Positions 8,629-16,981 of a stretch of DNA of 59,809 nucleotides are shown piece after piece. The stretch comes from a virus (taxonomy: Duplodnaviria; Caudoviricetes). The notes under the pieces are model-generated. The model was not told the DNA's origin. It did no database searches and worked only from the letters and a program-made list of their open reading frames with translations. Both the position numbers and the translations under genes were made by a program. Each line of letters opens with the position of its first letter. Position 1 is the stretch's first letter. The stretch is taken from positions 1 to 59,809 of the IMG/VR virus record IMGVR_UViG_3300020181_000014. One strand, 5' to 3'.

Positions 8629-9168
8629 ATGACAAAGGCAAAGAACGGCGAGGAATTCGGAAAGCCATGGATTAACCCAGATGCTCTTAAGATACGCAAG
8701 AAGCGGCCCGAGGCCAAGCTGATCTATGATTCGTCTCCTGAGTCAGAGGCGGATCGCCGCAGATCGTCCATCGAATCCATCTGCGGGTGGCGAGGCGCGG
8801 GCAGTCGCAAGCGCTGGCGGGAAGGCGCGAAGGCTTTCGGTGCGGTTGATTGCGTCTACTTCATTCGAATGGCTGGAACAGATGCCTACAAGATCGGCCT
8901 GACGCATCACGCGCGGCAGAGGTTGAGCGCGATCGGCGCAGGCGTTCCAGTGCCGGTTACGCTCGAAGGCTGGGTGAGTTTCTTCGATAACCGAGTGCTT
9001 GGGGAAGCAGAGAGCCGGGCACATGAGATCGCAGACTTCTATGGTGAGCGCCTGAAGGGGGAATGGTTCAACCTTCGGGAGCACCACGTCATCAAGATCA
9101 TCGATGCTCTCACCGACGGCATGGAGGATGACGTGATGGGCGTCTCCTACACGGGAGATCTGTCATGA
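8629..9168 (+). CDS. GIY-YIG / T5orf172-like protein
   Basis: VYFI...YKIG....RL...E...H...GEWF. Confidence 0.8.
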   Translation: MTKAKNGEEFGKPWINPDALKIRKKRPEAKLIYDSSPESEADRRRSSIESICGWRGAGSRKRWREGAKAFGAVDCVYFIRMAGTDAYKIGLTHHARQRLSAIGAGVPVPVTLEGWVSFFDNRVLGEAESRAHEIADFYGERLKGEWFNLREHHVIKIIDALTDGMEDDVMGVSYTGDLS

Positions 9169-9728
9169 AGTCGTTCAGTGATCCTGGGGTGAGGTGGTAC
9201 GTCGTCCGCACGAACATCAAATGCGAGGAGAAGGCTGCGGCGAATCTAGGACTTGCCGGCTATCACGTCTATCTGCCGCGCTACAAGGTGGAGAAGTTCA
9301 ACAAGCGGCACAACACCTATCGCGTCTACGAGTGCAACCTGATGCCTCGCTACCTTTTCGTCGGCATTTCCAACGGCGATTTTCGAACAGCTCGCACCTG
9401 CGAGGGGGTCGAGTACATCGTCAGCGATGAAGGCTGGCGCGGCGTCCCACTTCGCGTGGCCGGCAAGGATATCCAGGCGATCTATCTGGCTGAAGTAGAT
9501 TTTCAGTTTGATGATACCCGCAAGGCTCGCGAGTACAGGGGGCACACCTTCGAACTGGCTTATCCGGTTGGGGCTCACGTGGTTGTGAAGCTCCAGAAAA
9601 TCTTGAATGGCCTGGAGGTGGGCGGCCGCATTCGAGAGACCAACGGCAAAAATAAAATTGTTGTGGATTTGGGCACGCTTGGGAAGATAACCGCTCTTCC
9701 ACAGGATGTGACGGTTGTTGAGGGTTGA
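9165..9728 (+). CDS. NusG/RfaH-family late antitermination factor
   Basis: WYVVRT...E..AA.NL...YLP...LMPRYLFV NGN domain plus KOW-like tail; sits in the lambda Q position. Confidence 0.85.
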   Translation: MKSFSDPGVRWYVVRTNIKCEEKAAANLGLAGYHVYLPRYKVEKFNKRHNTYRVYECNLMPRYLFVGISNGDFRTARTCEGVEYIVSDEGWRGVPLRVAGKDIQAIYLAEVDFQFDDTRKAREYRGHTFELAYPVGAHVVVKLQKILNGLEVGGRIRETNGKNKIVVDLGTLGKITALPQDVTVVEG

Positions 9729-9753
9729 CACGGGAGCGATGATCGTCTATATA
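9725..9753 (+). promoter_or_regulatory. Late promoter (PR'-like)
   Basis: TTGACA (9725-30), 17-nt spacer, TATATA (9748-53). Confidence 0.8.
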
Positions 9754-9759
9754 GAAAAT

Positions 9760-10420
9760 CTATAGACGATTTGGCTGCCGGGCGGACCTTAGCAACAGGG
9801 AACACTCGCCGGGCCAATGGGGCGAACATCGTCGCGCCCCGATGGATTTTTATTGCCCGCGATCTGCGGGTTCTGTGATTCGTAGGTCGGCTCCGGCCTC
9901 TGGTGGATCGCCTTCGGGAAACAGGATCGCCAAGCCAGCGCGTGTTAACACGGTGCATTCGGTGGAGTGGCCACGAAGCCGAATGTGGAGCCATCCAATT
10001 CCGCGAAAGCGGCAACAGTTGCGAGTCGGCCAGTCACGCTAAGCCTCGTCAGAGGGCATGCCGGTACCCATGCTGCCCCTGCCGTCTCGCTTCAAACCCG
10101 TAAGGGTAGCGCCAGAGGCCGTATCGGGGTTTGTCACCCGGTGCGGCCTCAATTTCATTCACAGTTTGCCCGCCCTCACCGATCCTCTACAGAAGATATC
10201 TGGCTCGATAGCGTGTGGTAGGAGGCGGGCAATCCCATCGACAGAGGGCAGAACGGGCTTCTGCCGCACTGCGCAGCCCCATCGGCGGCAGTTAGTAAGC
10301 GCCCCTGGGCGTTGAAGAGATGCGGGAAGTTGCCGCCCCGCCTGTCGTATCAAATCAGGACATCACTGTCCGAACGGTATCCGGCATCGTGCCTGGATAG
10401 GCGGCTGCGGCCGTCGCTTT
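9760..10420 (+). ncRNA. Putative structured late leader / ncRNA cluster
   Basis: No credible CDS; GNRA hairpins 10001-12 and 10096-107; stems 10115-50, 10166-232, 10239-347. Confidence 0.5.
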
Positions 10421-10442
10421 CACCATGAGAAGGAAAACCGAA

Positions 10443-10697
10443 ATGAACAAGCTAGCCAAGCTTGAGTATCGCGTGCGCCCAGTCACCAGGTACAGCATCA
10501 CGCGCTACACGCAATACGACGACGGCGCGCAAGGCGTAGAGACGAGAGGCGAGTTCGACAACGCGGATCAAGCGTGGGAAACGGCGTATGCTCTCTGCAA
10601 ACTGGAGCACGAGCAGCACACGGACTTTCCGATAGGCGACCCTCGGGTGCAGTACCCGCGCCATCCAAATGGTGGTGAGGCGGCTGAGGTTGCCTAG
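10443..10697 (+). CDS. Hypothetical protein
   Basis: AAGGA SD; YRVRPVTRY.ITRY motif. Confidence 0.7.
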   Translation: MNKLAKLEYRVRPVTRYSITRYTQYDDGAQGVETRGEFDNADQAWETAYALCKLEHEQHTDFPIGDPRVQYPRHPNGGEAAEVA

Positions 10698-10707
10698 CAG
10701 ATAGACC

Positions 10708-10818
10708 AATCAGGACGGGCGTCATTCGCGGGAATGGCGAAATGGGAGTCCGGCGTGTCCCGCGCACCCGGCGCTGGAAACAGAGAAACGGCGTAATAGG
10801 CCCGCTCCCGTCCTGATT
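10708..10818 (+). ncRNA. Putative multi-branched structured RNA
   Basis: Perfect 12-bp closing IR (AATCAGGACGGG/CCCGTCCTGATT) enclosing three hairpins including a GAAA loop. Confidence 0.45.
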
Positions 10819-10990
10819 ACTTATCCTCCATCACGTTCTCACTCCGATCAAACACTGATCTCGGTACTGTAGACGGGACATCTTCAATCAGGACGCGATA
10901 GGTGACTGTTGCGTCCCTTTCTTTCTCGTCATCGATTCTGGTGATCTTTGCTCTGAGCAGGATCGTATCGCCCACTTTGTATTTCGCCAT
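10817..10990 (-). CDS. Small hypothetical protein
   Basis: GGAGG SD; MAKYKVGD start. Confidence 0.6.
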   Translation of the reverse strand: MAKYKVGDTILLRAKITRIDDEKERDATVTYRVLIEDVPSTVPRSVFDRSENVMEDK

Positions 10991-11047
10991 GTCTGAGCCT
11001 CCATGCCTTGAATCAAGCGCGGGGATGGACGGCGTCAAGGGGATTCC

Positions 11048-11272
11048 ATGGGTGAAGTCATCTCCCTCTCGCAGGAAATCATCAGAGACGGCGTCCGGCT
11101 TGAGGCTGAGGCTGTCCTGAAGGGCGCGCTTGAGGACAATCTCTCCAGCGTGACCGTGGTTGGCATCGATGCCGATGGCGGCTTCCACGTCTATTCCACG
11201 GAAGGCTCTGCGGAGACCTACCTGCTTCTGGGCCGAGCTAAGGCCAAATTCATCGAAAGCTGCGGAGACTGA
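11048..11272 (+). CDS. Hypothetical protein
   Basis: AGGGGA SD, globular-looking sequence. Confidence 0.65.
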   Translation: MGEVISLSQEIIRDGVRLEAEAVLKGALEDNLSSVTVVGIDADGGFHVYSTEGSAETYLLLGRAKAKFIESCGD

Positions 11273-11274
11273 GC

Positions 11275-11472
11275 ATGGCCAAGAATTGGATCAAGGGCGC
11301 TATTCAGAAGCCCGGAAGTTTGAGAGCCACCGCCAAGCGTGAAGGCCTCATCAAGGGCAATCAAAAGCTCTCCTCCACAGATCTGAATAAGCTCGCCAAC
11401 TCCAAGAACCCGACCACACGCAAGCGCGCTGATCTGGCCAAGACATTCAAGAAAATGGGCCGCGGCAAGTAG
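11275..11472 (+). CDS. Small basic conserved phage protein
   Basis: MAKNWIKGAIQKPGSLR family motif. Confidence 0.8.
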   Translation: MAKNWIKGAIQKPGSLRATAKREGLIKGNQKLSSTDLNKLANSKNPTTRKRADLAKTFKKMGRGK

Positions 11473-11492
11473 CTCGATAACGGGAGACGCCG

Positions 11493-11663
11493 ATGTCTGT
11501 TCTGCGCCCGGTCTTGAGGCCGGTATTGCGGCCGGTCCTGCGCGGTTCGACGCAGCAGCCCGGCGAGATAGGCGACTTCCTCCTCCTCCAGGATGGTTCC
11601 TTCCTGCTCATGCAGGATGACGACCCCATCGAACTCCAGGACGGCAAGCCCGTCTCCCCATAG
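11493..11663 (+). CDS. 56-aa putative fibre adaptor (not in ORF track)
   Basis: GGAG SD; (VLRP)x3 and FLLLQDGSFLLMQD motif. Confidence 0.65.
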   Translation: MSVLRPVLRPVLRPVLRGSTQQPGEIGDFLLLQDGSFLLMQDDDPIELQDGKPVSP

Positions 11664-11675
11664 GAGCGTACCTGA

Positions 11676-13202
11676 ATGAGCAAAAAGCTTACAGCGCTCC
11701 CCACCGGTAATGCGGAGGGGGCGGTTCTCTATGGCGTTCAGGGAACGGAAGACATCCAGATCGCGGCTGGTGCTGCCAATGGCCTAGCCACGCTCGACGG
11801 CTCCGGCAAGATCAACAGCAATCAAGTCCCGCCGATGCCTCGCGATCTCGGGGGCGAGGTTGCCACTGAAGCGGAGATGCTGGCGCTTGTTGTCAATGCG
11901 CCGGGCGAGTGCATTCGCACCGACTTCACGCCGCCGCATGTGTTCTATCTCGCCGCCGAACCAGCGACAACGCTCTCCAACTGGCATGACCTTGGTCCGC
12001 TCTCGGCTGGCTCAGCCAATCCGACCGGGAAGGTTGGGCCGTCTGCGGTCAACGGCGTTGCTTCGACCTTTATGCGTTCTGATGCGGCACCTGCGCTCAA
12101 CACGGCGGTGACCTACACCTGGGGCGCGCTCCACACGTTCTCCGCGGGGGCTCTTATCTCCGGCGGCAACCTCTATTTCGGCGCGACGACAGGCACCACA
12201 ACCCCGATGCTGAAAGCGTCCGGGGATCAGTTCTACGCCGAGGTCGCAGACGGTAGCCGCCTGACGGCTTTCAATGGCCAGGCGTTCCTGCAGGGGTTCC
12301 TCATGCCGCGCTCCGGGGGCATCTCTTCCCCGGAATACACGTCGTTCGACCACGACAAAGCGGGCATGACGTTCACCAGCGACACGTCGTGGAGCTTGGT
12401 GCTTAACGAGATCGAGAGCCTTCGGGTCGACACCACGAACTCCAACGACAAGCTGCTCGTGCTCCCCACGGACATGAAGATCATGTGGGGCACGGCGGGC
12501 ATGGGCGCCCCGTACACCTTCGGGTTCATGCCGGGGCCCGACAACGGCCTCCTGTTCATGGGCGACCACCTCTTCGCCATGAAGTTCATGACCTCCGGCG
12601 AGGGCGGCGACAGCGGCTACACCTTCGAGAGCGGGCCGGCGCTTATCTCGGACGGTGACGGCGTCATTCGGCTCCTCAACAGCGCCCGGACGGATTTCAA
12701 CCGGCTCCAATTCGGCGGCCATACGAACGCCTTCCCGGCCCTCAAGCGCAACGGCGCCAGCCTAGAAGCCAGACTGGCCGATGACAGCAACCCCACGACG
12801 CTCATTGTTGCGACGCCAACGGCCGCGAGCCATGCCGCGTCGAAGGGGTATGTCGACACTGGCTTCCGCTCGATCGCCGCAGGCAACAACCTCGTCTACA
12901 CGACCAGCGCGACCGGGACTCAGATCACAGTTCCTTACGTCTCCAATGCCGCGACGGGCAACACCATTGTTGAACGTGACGCGAGTGGCTGCGTCGTTGT
13001 CAATGTTCCGACCGCAGAACTCCACGCGGTCAACAAGGGCTATTCCGACGCCCGCACTCTCAGCCAGGCAGCCAAGACTGCCGTTCTGGCTCTCACGACA
13101 ATCGCCACTGCGGACGCGACGGATCCAGCGTCGACCATGGCCCTCGTCAATGCGTGCAAGGCGAAGATCAACAGCATCATCGACGCCCTGAAGGCGAGCT
13201 GA
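11676..13202 (+). CDS. Fibre-like virion protein (possible head fibre)
   Basis: MSKKLTALP start, ANGLATLDGSGKI, HAASKGYVD/HAVNKGYSD fibre repeats. Confidence 0.7.
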   Translation: MSKKLTALPTGNAEGAVLYGVQGTEDIQIAAGAANGLATLDGSGKINSNQVPPMPRDLGGEVATEAEMLALVVNAPGECIRTDFTPPHVFYLAAEPATTLSNWHDLGPLSAGSANPTGKVGPSAVNGVASTFMRSDAAPALNTAVTYTWGALHTFSAGALISGGNLYFGATTGTTTPMLKASGDQFYAEVADGSRLTAFNGQAFLQGFLMPRSGGISSPEYTSFDHDKAGMTFTSDTSWSLVLNEIESLRVDTTNSNDKLLVLPTDMKIMWGTAGMGAPYTFGFMPGPDNGLLFMGDHLFAMKFMTSGEGGDSGYTFESGPALISDGDGVIRLLNSARTDFNRLQFGGHTNAFPALKRNGASLEARLADDSNPTTLIVATPTAASHAASKGYVDTGFRSIAAGNNLVYTTSATGTQITVPYVSNAATGNTIVERDASGCVVVNVPTAELHAVNKGYSDARTLSQAAKTAVLALTTIATADATDPASTMALVNACKAKINSIIDALKAS

Positions 13203-13225
13203 AGCTTCCAAGCTTAGAGGTCATC

Positions 13226-13495
13226 ATGAACGTTGTAACGGGCACATTCGCTGCTCCCGGGCAGTCAGAGCCTCTTGTTGGGCGCCAGGTGGATATTGCT
13301 CTCCGGTTCACAGGAGCGGGCTCGGTTGACGTTGAGCGTCAGATGCCCTCCGGCGAGTGGATCAAGATCGATAGCGCCATCACCGAGGACTACAACGAGG
13401 TTGCCGACATTCCGGCTCCTGCCGCGATCCGCCTCAATTGCACGGCTGGGACTGGCATAGAATACATCCTGCAGACAAACCGGGATGGGTCGTAA
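13226..13495 (+). CDS. Small beta-rich virion protein (putative spike base / decoration)
   Basis: GTFAAPGQS...V.VER....W...IRLNCT beta-strand pattern. Confidence 0.5.
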   Translation: MNVVTGTFAAPGQSEPLVGRQVDIALRFTGAGSVDVERQMPSGEWIKIDSAITEDYNEVADIPAPAAIRLNCTAGTGIEYILQTNRDGS

Positions 13496-13497
13496 CA

Positions 13498-14109
13498 ATG
13501 ACCACCAACCTTTACGGTCAGTCGCCGCAGAGCTGGGTTGATCACGTCTTCCAGAACAAGCTCGGCCGCGCTCCCGATGCGCAGGGCCAGCAGTATTACG
13601 GAGACCAGCTTCAGAGCGGTGGTCTCACGCCTGCGGACATGATGCGGCAGGTCGCTGCTTCACCTGAAGGCACGATCTACAACAACTATCAGCAGTTCAC
13701 CGGCAGGGCGCCTGACACAGAAGGCTGGGCTTATTGGGGTCAGGTGCTCGATGAGCAGGGACCGCAGGCTCTTCGCCAGCAGATGATGGCTACGCCTGAG
13801 AGCCAGGATTACCTCCTCGGGGATGGCTTCCGCGATTGGGCCAGAGCATCAACGAACGGCATCAATCAGGCATCGCCGTTTGTCTTCAGCGACTACGCGG
13901 CTCTGAACACGGGCAATCCGCAAGCCAACATGAACCTGCTCTATCCGCCGCAGAGCCAGAGCAACCAGATGGTTCAAGGCATCCTGGATGGTCTCGTCGG
14001 CACCTTCACTCCGAAGAAGGAGGAAGAGGATGGCGAGAAGGACAAGATGACCCAGATGCGGGAGATCATGTCCGGCAAGAAGTCGCAGACCAAGATCGGC
14101 GGTCAGTAA
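13498..14109 (+). CDS. DUF4214-like repeat protein
   Basis: Two repeats, LGRAPDAQGQQYY and TGRAPDTEGWAYW. Confidence 0.7.
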   Translation: MTTNLYGQSPQSWVDHVFQNKLGRAPDAQGQQYYGDQLQSGGLTPADMMRQVAASPEGTIYNNYQQFTGRAPDTEGWAYWGQVLDEQGPQALRQQMMATPESQDYLLGDGFRDWARASTNGINQASPFVFSDYAALNTGNPQANMNLLYPPQSQSNQMVQGILDGLVGTFTPKKEEEDGEKDKMTQMREIMSGKKSQTKIGGQ

Positions 14110-14346
14110 ATGAGCACGCTCCTAAAGCTCGAAACCCTCTCTTTGACGCCGGCGGGCAACTACTGTTCGCCCAAGCGCCAAACCATCGTTTTGAATACGG
14201 CGTGGATTGTGAAGCTCCGAGAAGTCCAAACAAGCGATCACCTGCATTCGGAAATCAAGACGCAGATCACGGATCACAATGGCAACAAGCATTTCCTCGC
14301 GGAGACGATTGACGAAGCCCTCACGAAAATCAACGGGGCCCAGTAG
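14110..14346 (+). CDS. Hypothetical protein
   Basis: Abuts upstream stop; globular. Confidence 0.6.
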   Translation: MSTLLKLETLSLTPAGNYCSPKRQTIVLNTAWIVKLREVQTSDHLHSEIKTQITDHNGNKHFLAETIDEALTKINGAQ

Positions 14347-14351
14347 AGCAT

Positions 14352-14738
14352 ATGTCTCGTCCCTGCGAATTCAAACAGGAGATCGCTGACCACATCTGTT
14401 CTGAGATAGCCTCTGGTCGTTCCCTCCGCGCCATCTGTCGTGAAGACAAGGGAATGCCAGCCCAGAGCACGATCTATTTATGGCTCGCTCGCATGGATGC
14501 TTTTTCGGAGCAATACGCCCGCGCGATGGAATTGCGGACGAATGCTCTCGCTGACGATATCCTCGAAATTGCCGATGGCGAAAACGAGGAAGACGTTCAG
14601 CGCGCCAGGCTCCGCGTTGATGCCCGCAAGTGGCTCATGAGCAAACTGGCTCCGAAGAAATATGGCGACAGGATAATGAACGAGCACTCCGGCTCCATCG
14701 GTGTTCGCCACGAGGATGCCATTGGCGAGCTTGAGTGA
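14352..14738 (+). CDS. terS: Terminase small subunit
   Basis: IC..IASGRSLRAIC...QYARA...RVDARKW...KLAPKKYG (Sf6-type). Confidence 0.9.
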   Translation: MSRPCEFKQEIADHICSEIASGRSLRAICREDKGMPAQSTIYLWLARMDAFSEQYARAMELRTNALADDILEIADGENEEDVQRARLRVDARKWLMSKLAPKKYGDRIMNEHSGSIGVRHEDAIGELE

Positions 14739-16281
14739 TCGTGAGAAGGCCGTTCGCCAGCGGCTGAAGGACGATCTATCCCACTACTCAGAAAAGGTGC
14801 TCAAGATCAGGACCAAGAATGGCGAGATCGTGCCGTTCGGGTTCAACAAGGCGCAGCAATACATTCACGGCCAGCTGGAGGAGCAAAGGCAGCGGACCGG
14901 GATGGTTCGGGCGCTAATCCTTAAAGGCCGGCAACAGGGATGTTCGACTTATGTCGGTGCCCGGTTCTATCATCAGACGACACACCGGCGCGGTTGCCGC
15001 ACATTCATCCTCACGCATGAGGACGCGGCGACCCAGAACCTGTTCGAGATGGTCAACCGCTATCATGAGCATTGCCATCACCTGGTAAAGCCATCAACCG
15101 GCGCTGCGAACGCAAAGGAGCTTTTCTTCGACCGGCTCGATTCCGGCTACAAGGTCGGCACTGCTGGGACAAAGGGCGTAGGGCGATCGGCAACGATCCA
15201 GCTTTTTCACGGCTCGGAAGTTGCGTTCTGGCCGAATGCCGATGCTCATGCAGCAGGTGTGCTTCAGGCGGTTCCCGGAATGCCGGGGACAGAGGTCATT
15301 CTGGAATCCACTGCGAATGGTGTGGGGAACTTCTTCCACCAGCGCTGGCGGGAAGCAGAGCGCGGGGACAGCACGTTCCAGGCGATCTTCGTTCCATGGT
15401 TCTGGCAGGAGGAATACCGGCTTCCCACGCCTCCGGGCTTTGAGCTCCTCGATGAGGAGATTGAATACGGCGAGGCTTACGGGCTCGATCTGGAGCAGCT
15501 TGCCTGGCGTCGTGAGAAAATCAAGGAACTTCGCGATCCCTCGCTGTTCAAGCAGGAATATCCTGCCACTGCGGCAGAAGCATTCCAGCTCTCAGGGCAT
15601 GACAGCTACATTCCTCCCGAGCTGATCCTGAAGGCTCGCAAGGCCACGCATGAGGCAAGCGGGCCGCTGGTGGTTGGATATGATCCGGCCTGGACTGGTG
15701 GTGACCGTCACGCGATGGTCTGGCGCCGCGGACGGAAGATCATCAAGGTTGAGGTCAAGACCGGCATTGACACGATGCAGGGCGCTGGCTGGTGCCGGGA
15801 GATACTGGACAAGGATAAGCCTGAACGGCTGTTTGTTGACGTTGGCGGGGTCGGGGCAGGCGTCTACGACCGTCTCAAGGAGATGGGCTATCATCGGAAG
15901 GTGAGGGCGGTGAACTTTGGTTCATCCCCGACTGAACCGAAAAGCAGTGGTGGCCCGGCAAATCGCAGAGCAGAAATGTGGATGCGCTCGCGCGAATGGC
16001 TGGAAGATCCGGCGGGTGCGGACATTCCGGATTTCGATGAGATCCAGGCTGACGCCTGCGGTCCCACCTACAAGTACGACAGTTTGTCCCGTCTGCTCCT
16101 TGAGAGCAAGCAGGATTTGCGGCGCAGAGGCGTTCCAAGCCCTGATATCTGGGATGCGGTTGTGCTGACCTTCGCGGAATACATCCGGTCGGAAGCGGAA
16201 GACAAGTACGAGAAAGATGCCTACCGCCGTGCTGAGAAAGCGGCGCGGTCTCGGACATCGAAATCATGGATGGCAGCATGA
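14716..16281 (+). CDS. terL: Terminase large subunit
   Basis: Walker A LKGRQQGCST, Walker B HGSEVAFW, ESTANG, nuclease GYDPA. Confidence 0.93.
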   Translation: MPLASLSDREKAVRQRLKDDLSHYSEKVLKIRTKNGEIVPFGFNKAQQYIHGQLEEQRQRTGMVRALILKGRQQGCSTYVGARFYHQTTHRRGCRTFILTHEDAATQNLFEMVNRYHEHCHHLVKPSTGAANAKELFFDRLDSGYKVGTAGTKGVGRSATIQLFHGSEVAFWPNADAHAAGVLQAVPGMPGTEVILESTANGVGNFFHQRWREAERGDSTFQAIFVPWFWQEEYRLPTPPGFELLDEEIEYGEAYGLDLEQLAWRREKIKELRDPSLFKQEYPATAAEAFQLSGHDSYIPPELILKARKATHEASGPLVVGYDPAWTGGDRHAMVWRRGRKIIKVEVKTGIDTMQGAGWCREILDKDKPERLFVDVGGVGAGVYDRLKEMGYHRKVRAVNFGSSPTEPKSSGGPANRRAEMWMRSREWLEDPAGADIPDFDEIQADACGPTYKYDSLSRLLLESKQDLRRRGVPSPDIWDAVVLTFAEYIRSEAEDKYEKDAYRRAEKAARSRTSKSWMAA

Positions 16282-16291
16282 GGTTACATCA

Positions 16292-16969
16292 ATGAACGAC
16301 GAACTGCAGACAATCATCGAAGCCAATGATAAGGCGGCGCTGGACAACTTCGCCGAGGTACGCGGTATCAAGCTCGACCGGCGCAAGACCTTCGACAAGA
16401 TGCTCGCAACTCTTCAGCAGGAACTGGCAAAGGACGCCATTCCGGATGAGGAAAAGCCGCAGAACTCCGAGCCGGCACCGGTGGAGGAAAACCTTCAGCA
16501 TACCGAGCCGGTGGTGTACCCGCCCATCGTGGCGGCTGAATCTGTTGCTCACCTGAACGAGTCCCTGACCGAGGGGACGCTCGGCGTGGTGATTGCAGAC
16601 CTGCAAACAGCCGCTGTAGAGACCGTAGATCAGGTGGCGGAACTTGAGGTTGCTGAGGCGCCCGCTGAGGTGCAAGCACCAGAGATCATTCCGGTAGAAG
16701 ATCCGGTAGAAGTTCCGGCAGCAGAACCCACACCCCTTCCCGAGCCTGAACCCGAACTCAACACCGCTGAAATCGAGGCTCTCACCCAAACCTGGGCAGA
16801 GAGCTTCGCTCGTGATCTGATCATTGTCACGCCGACCTGTGAAGGGATGAACCTCTCGGTTCGTCTGGAAACGCGCCATGGCGTGGCCAAGGGCTTTGCT
16901 GTGGTGGAGGCATGGACGGAAGCAGGTGTTTCCGCCGCTCTTGAGCAGATCCGCCAGCAGATCGTCTGA
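16292..16969 (+). CDS. Acidic hypothetical protein with N-terminal HeH-like motif
   Basis: KAALDNFAEVRGIKLDRRKT; E/P-rich linker. Confidence 0.7.
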   Translation: MNDELQTIIEANDKAALDNFAEVRGIKLDRRKTFDKMLATLQQELAKDAIPDEEKPQNSEPAPVEENLQHTEPVVYPPIVAAESVAHLNESLTEGTLGVVIADLQTAAVETVDQVAELEVAEAPAEVQAPEIIPVEDPVEVPAAEPTPLPEPEPELNTAEIEALTQTWAESFARDLIIVTPTCEGMNLSVRLETRHGVAKGFAVVEAWTEAGVSAALEQIRQQIV

Positions 16970-16981
16970 AGGCCACAATAA

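Noticed and set aside
9760-10420. tRNA cluster or known hammerhead/twister/pistol ribozyme
   Set aside because: No T-arm consensus and no complete catalytic core found by eye
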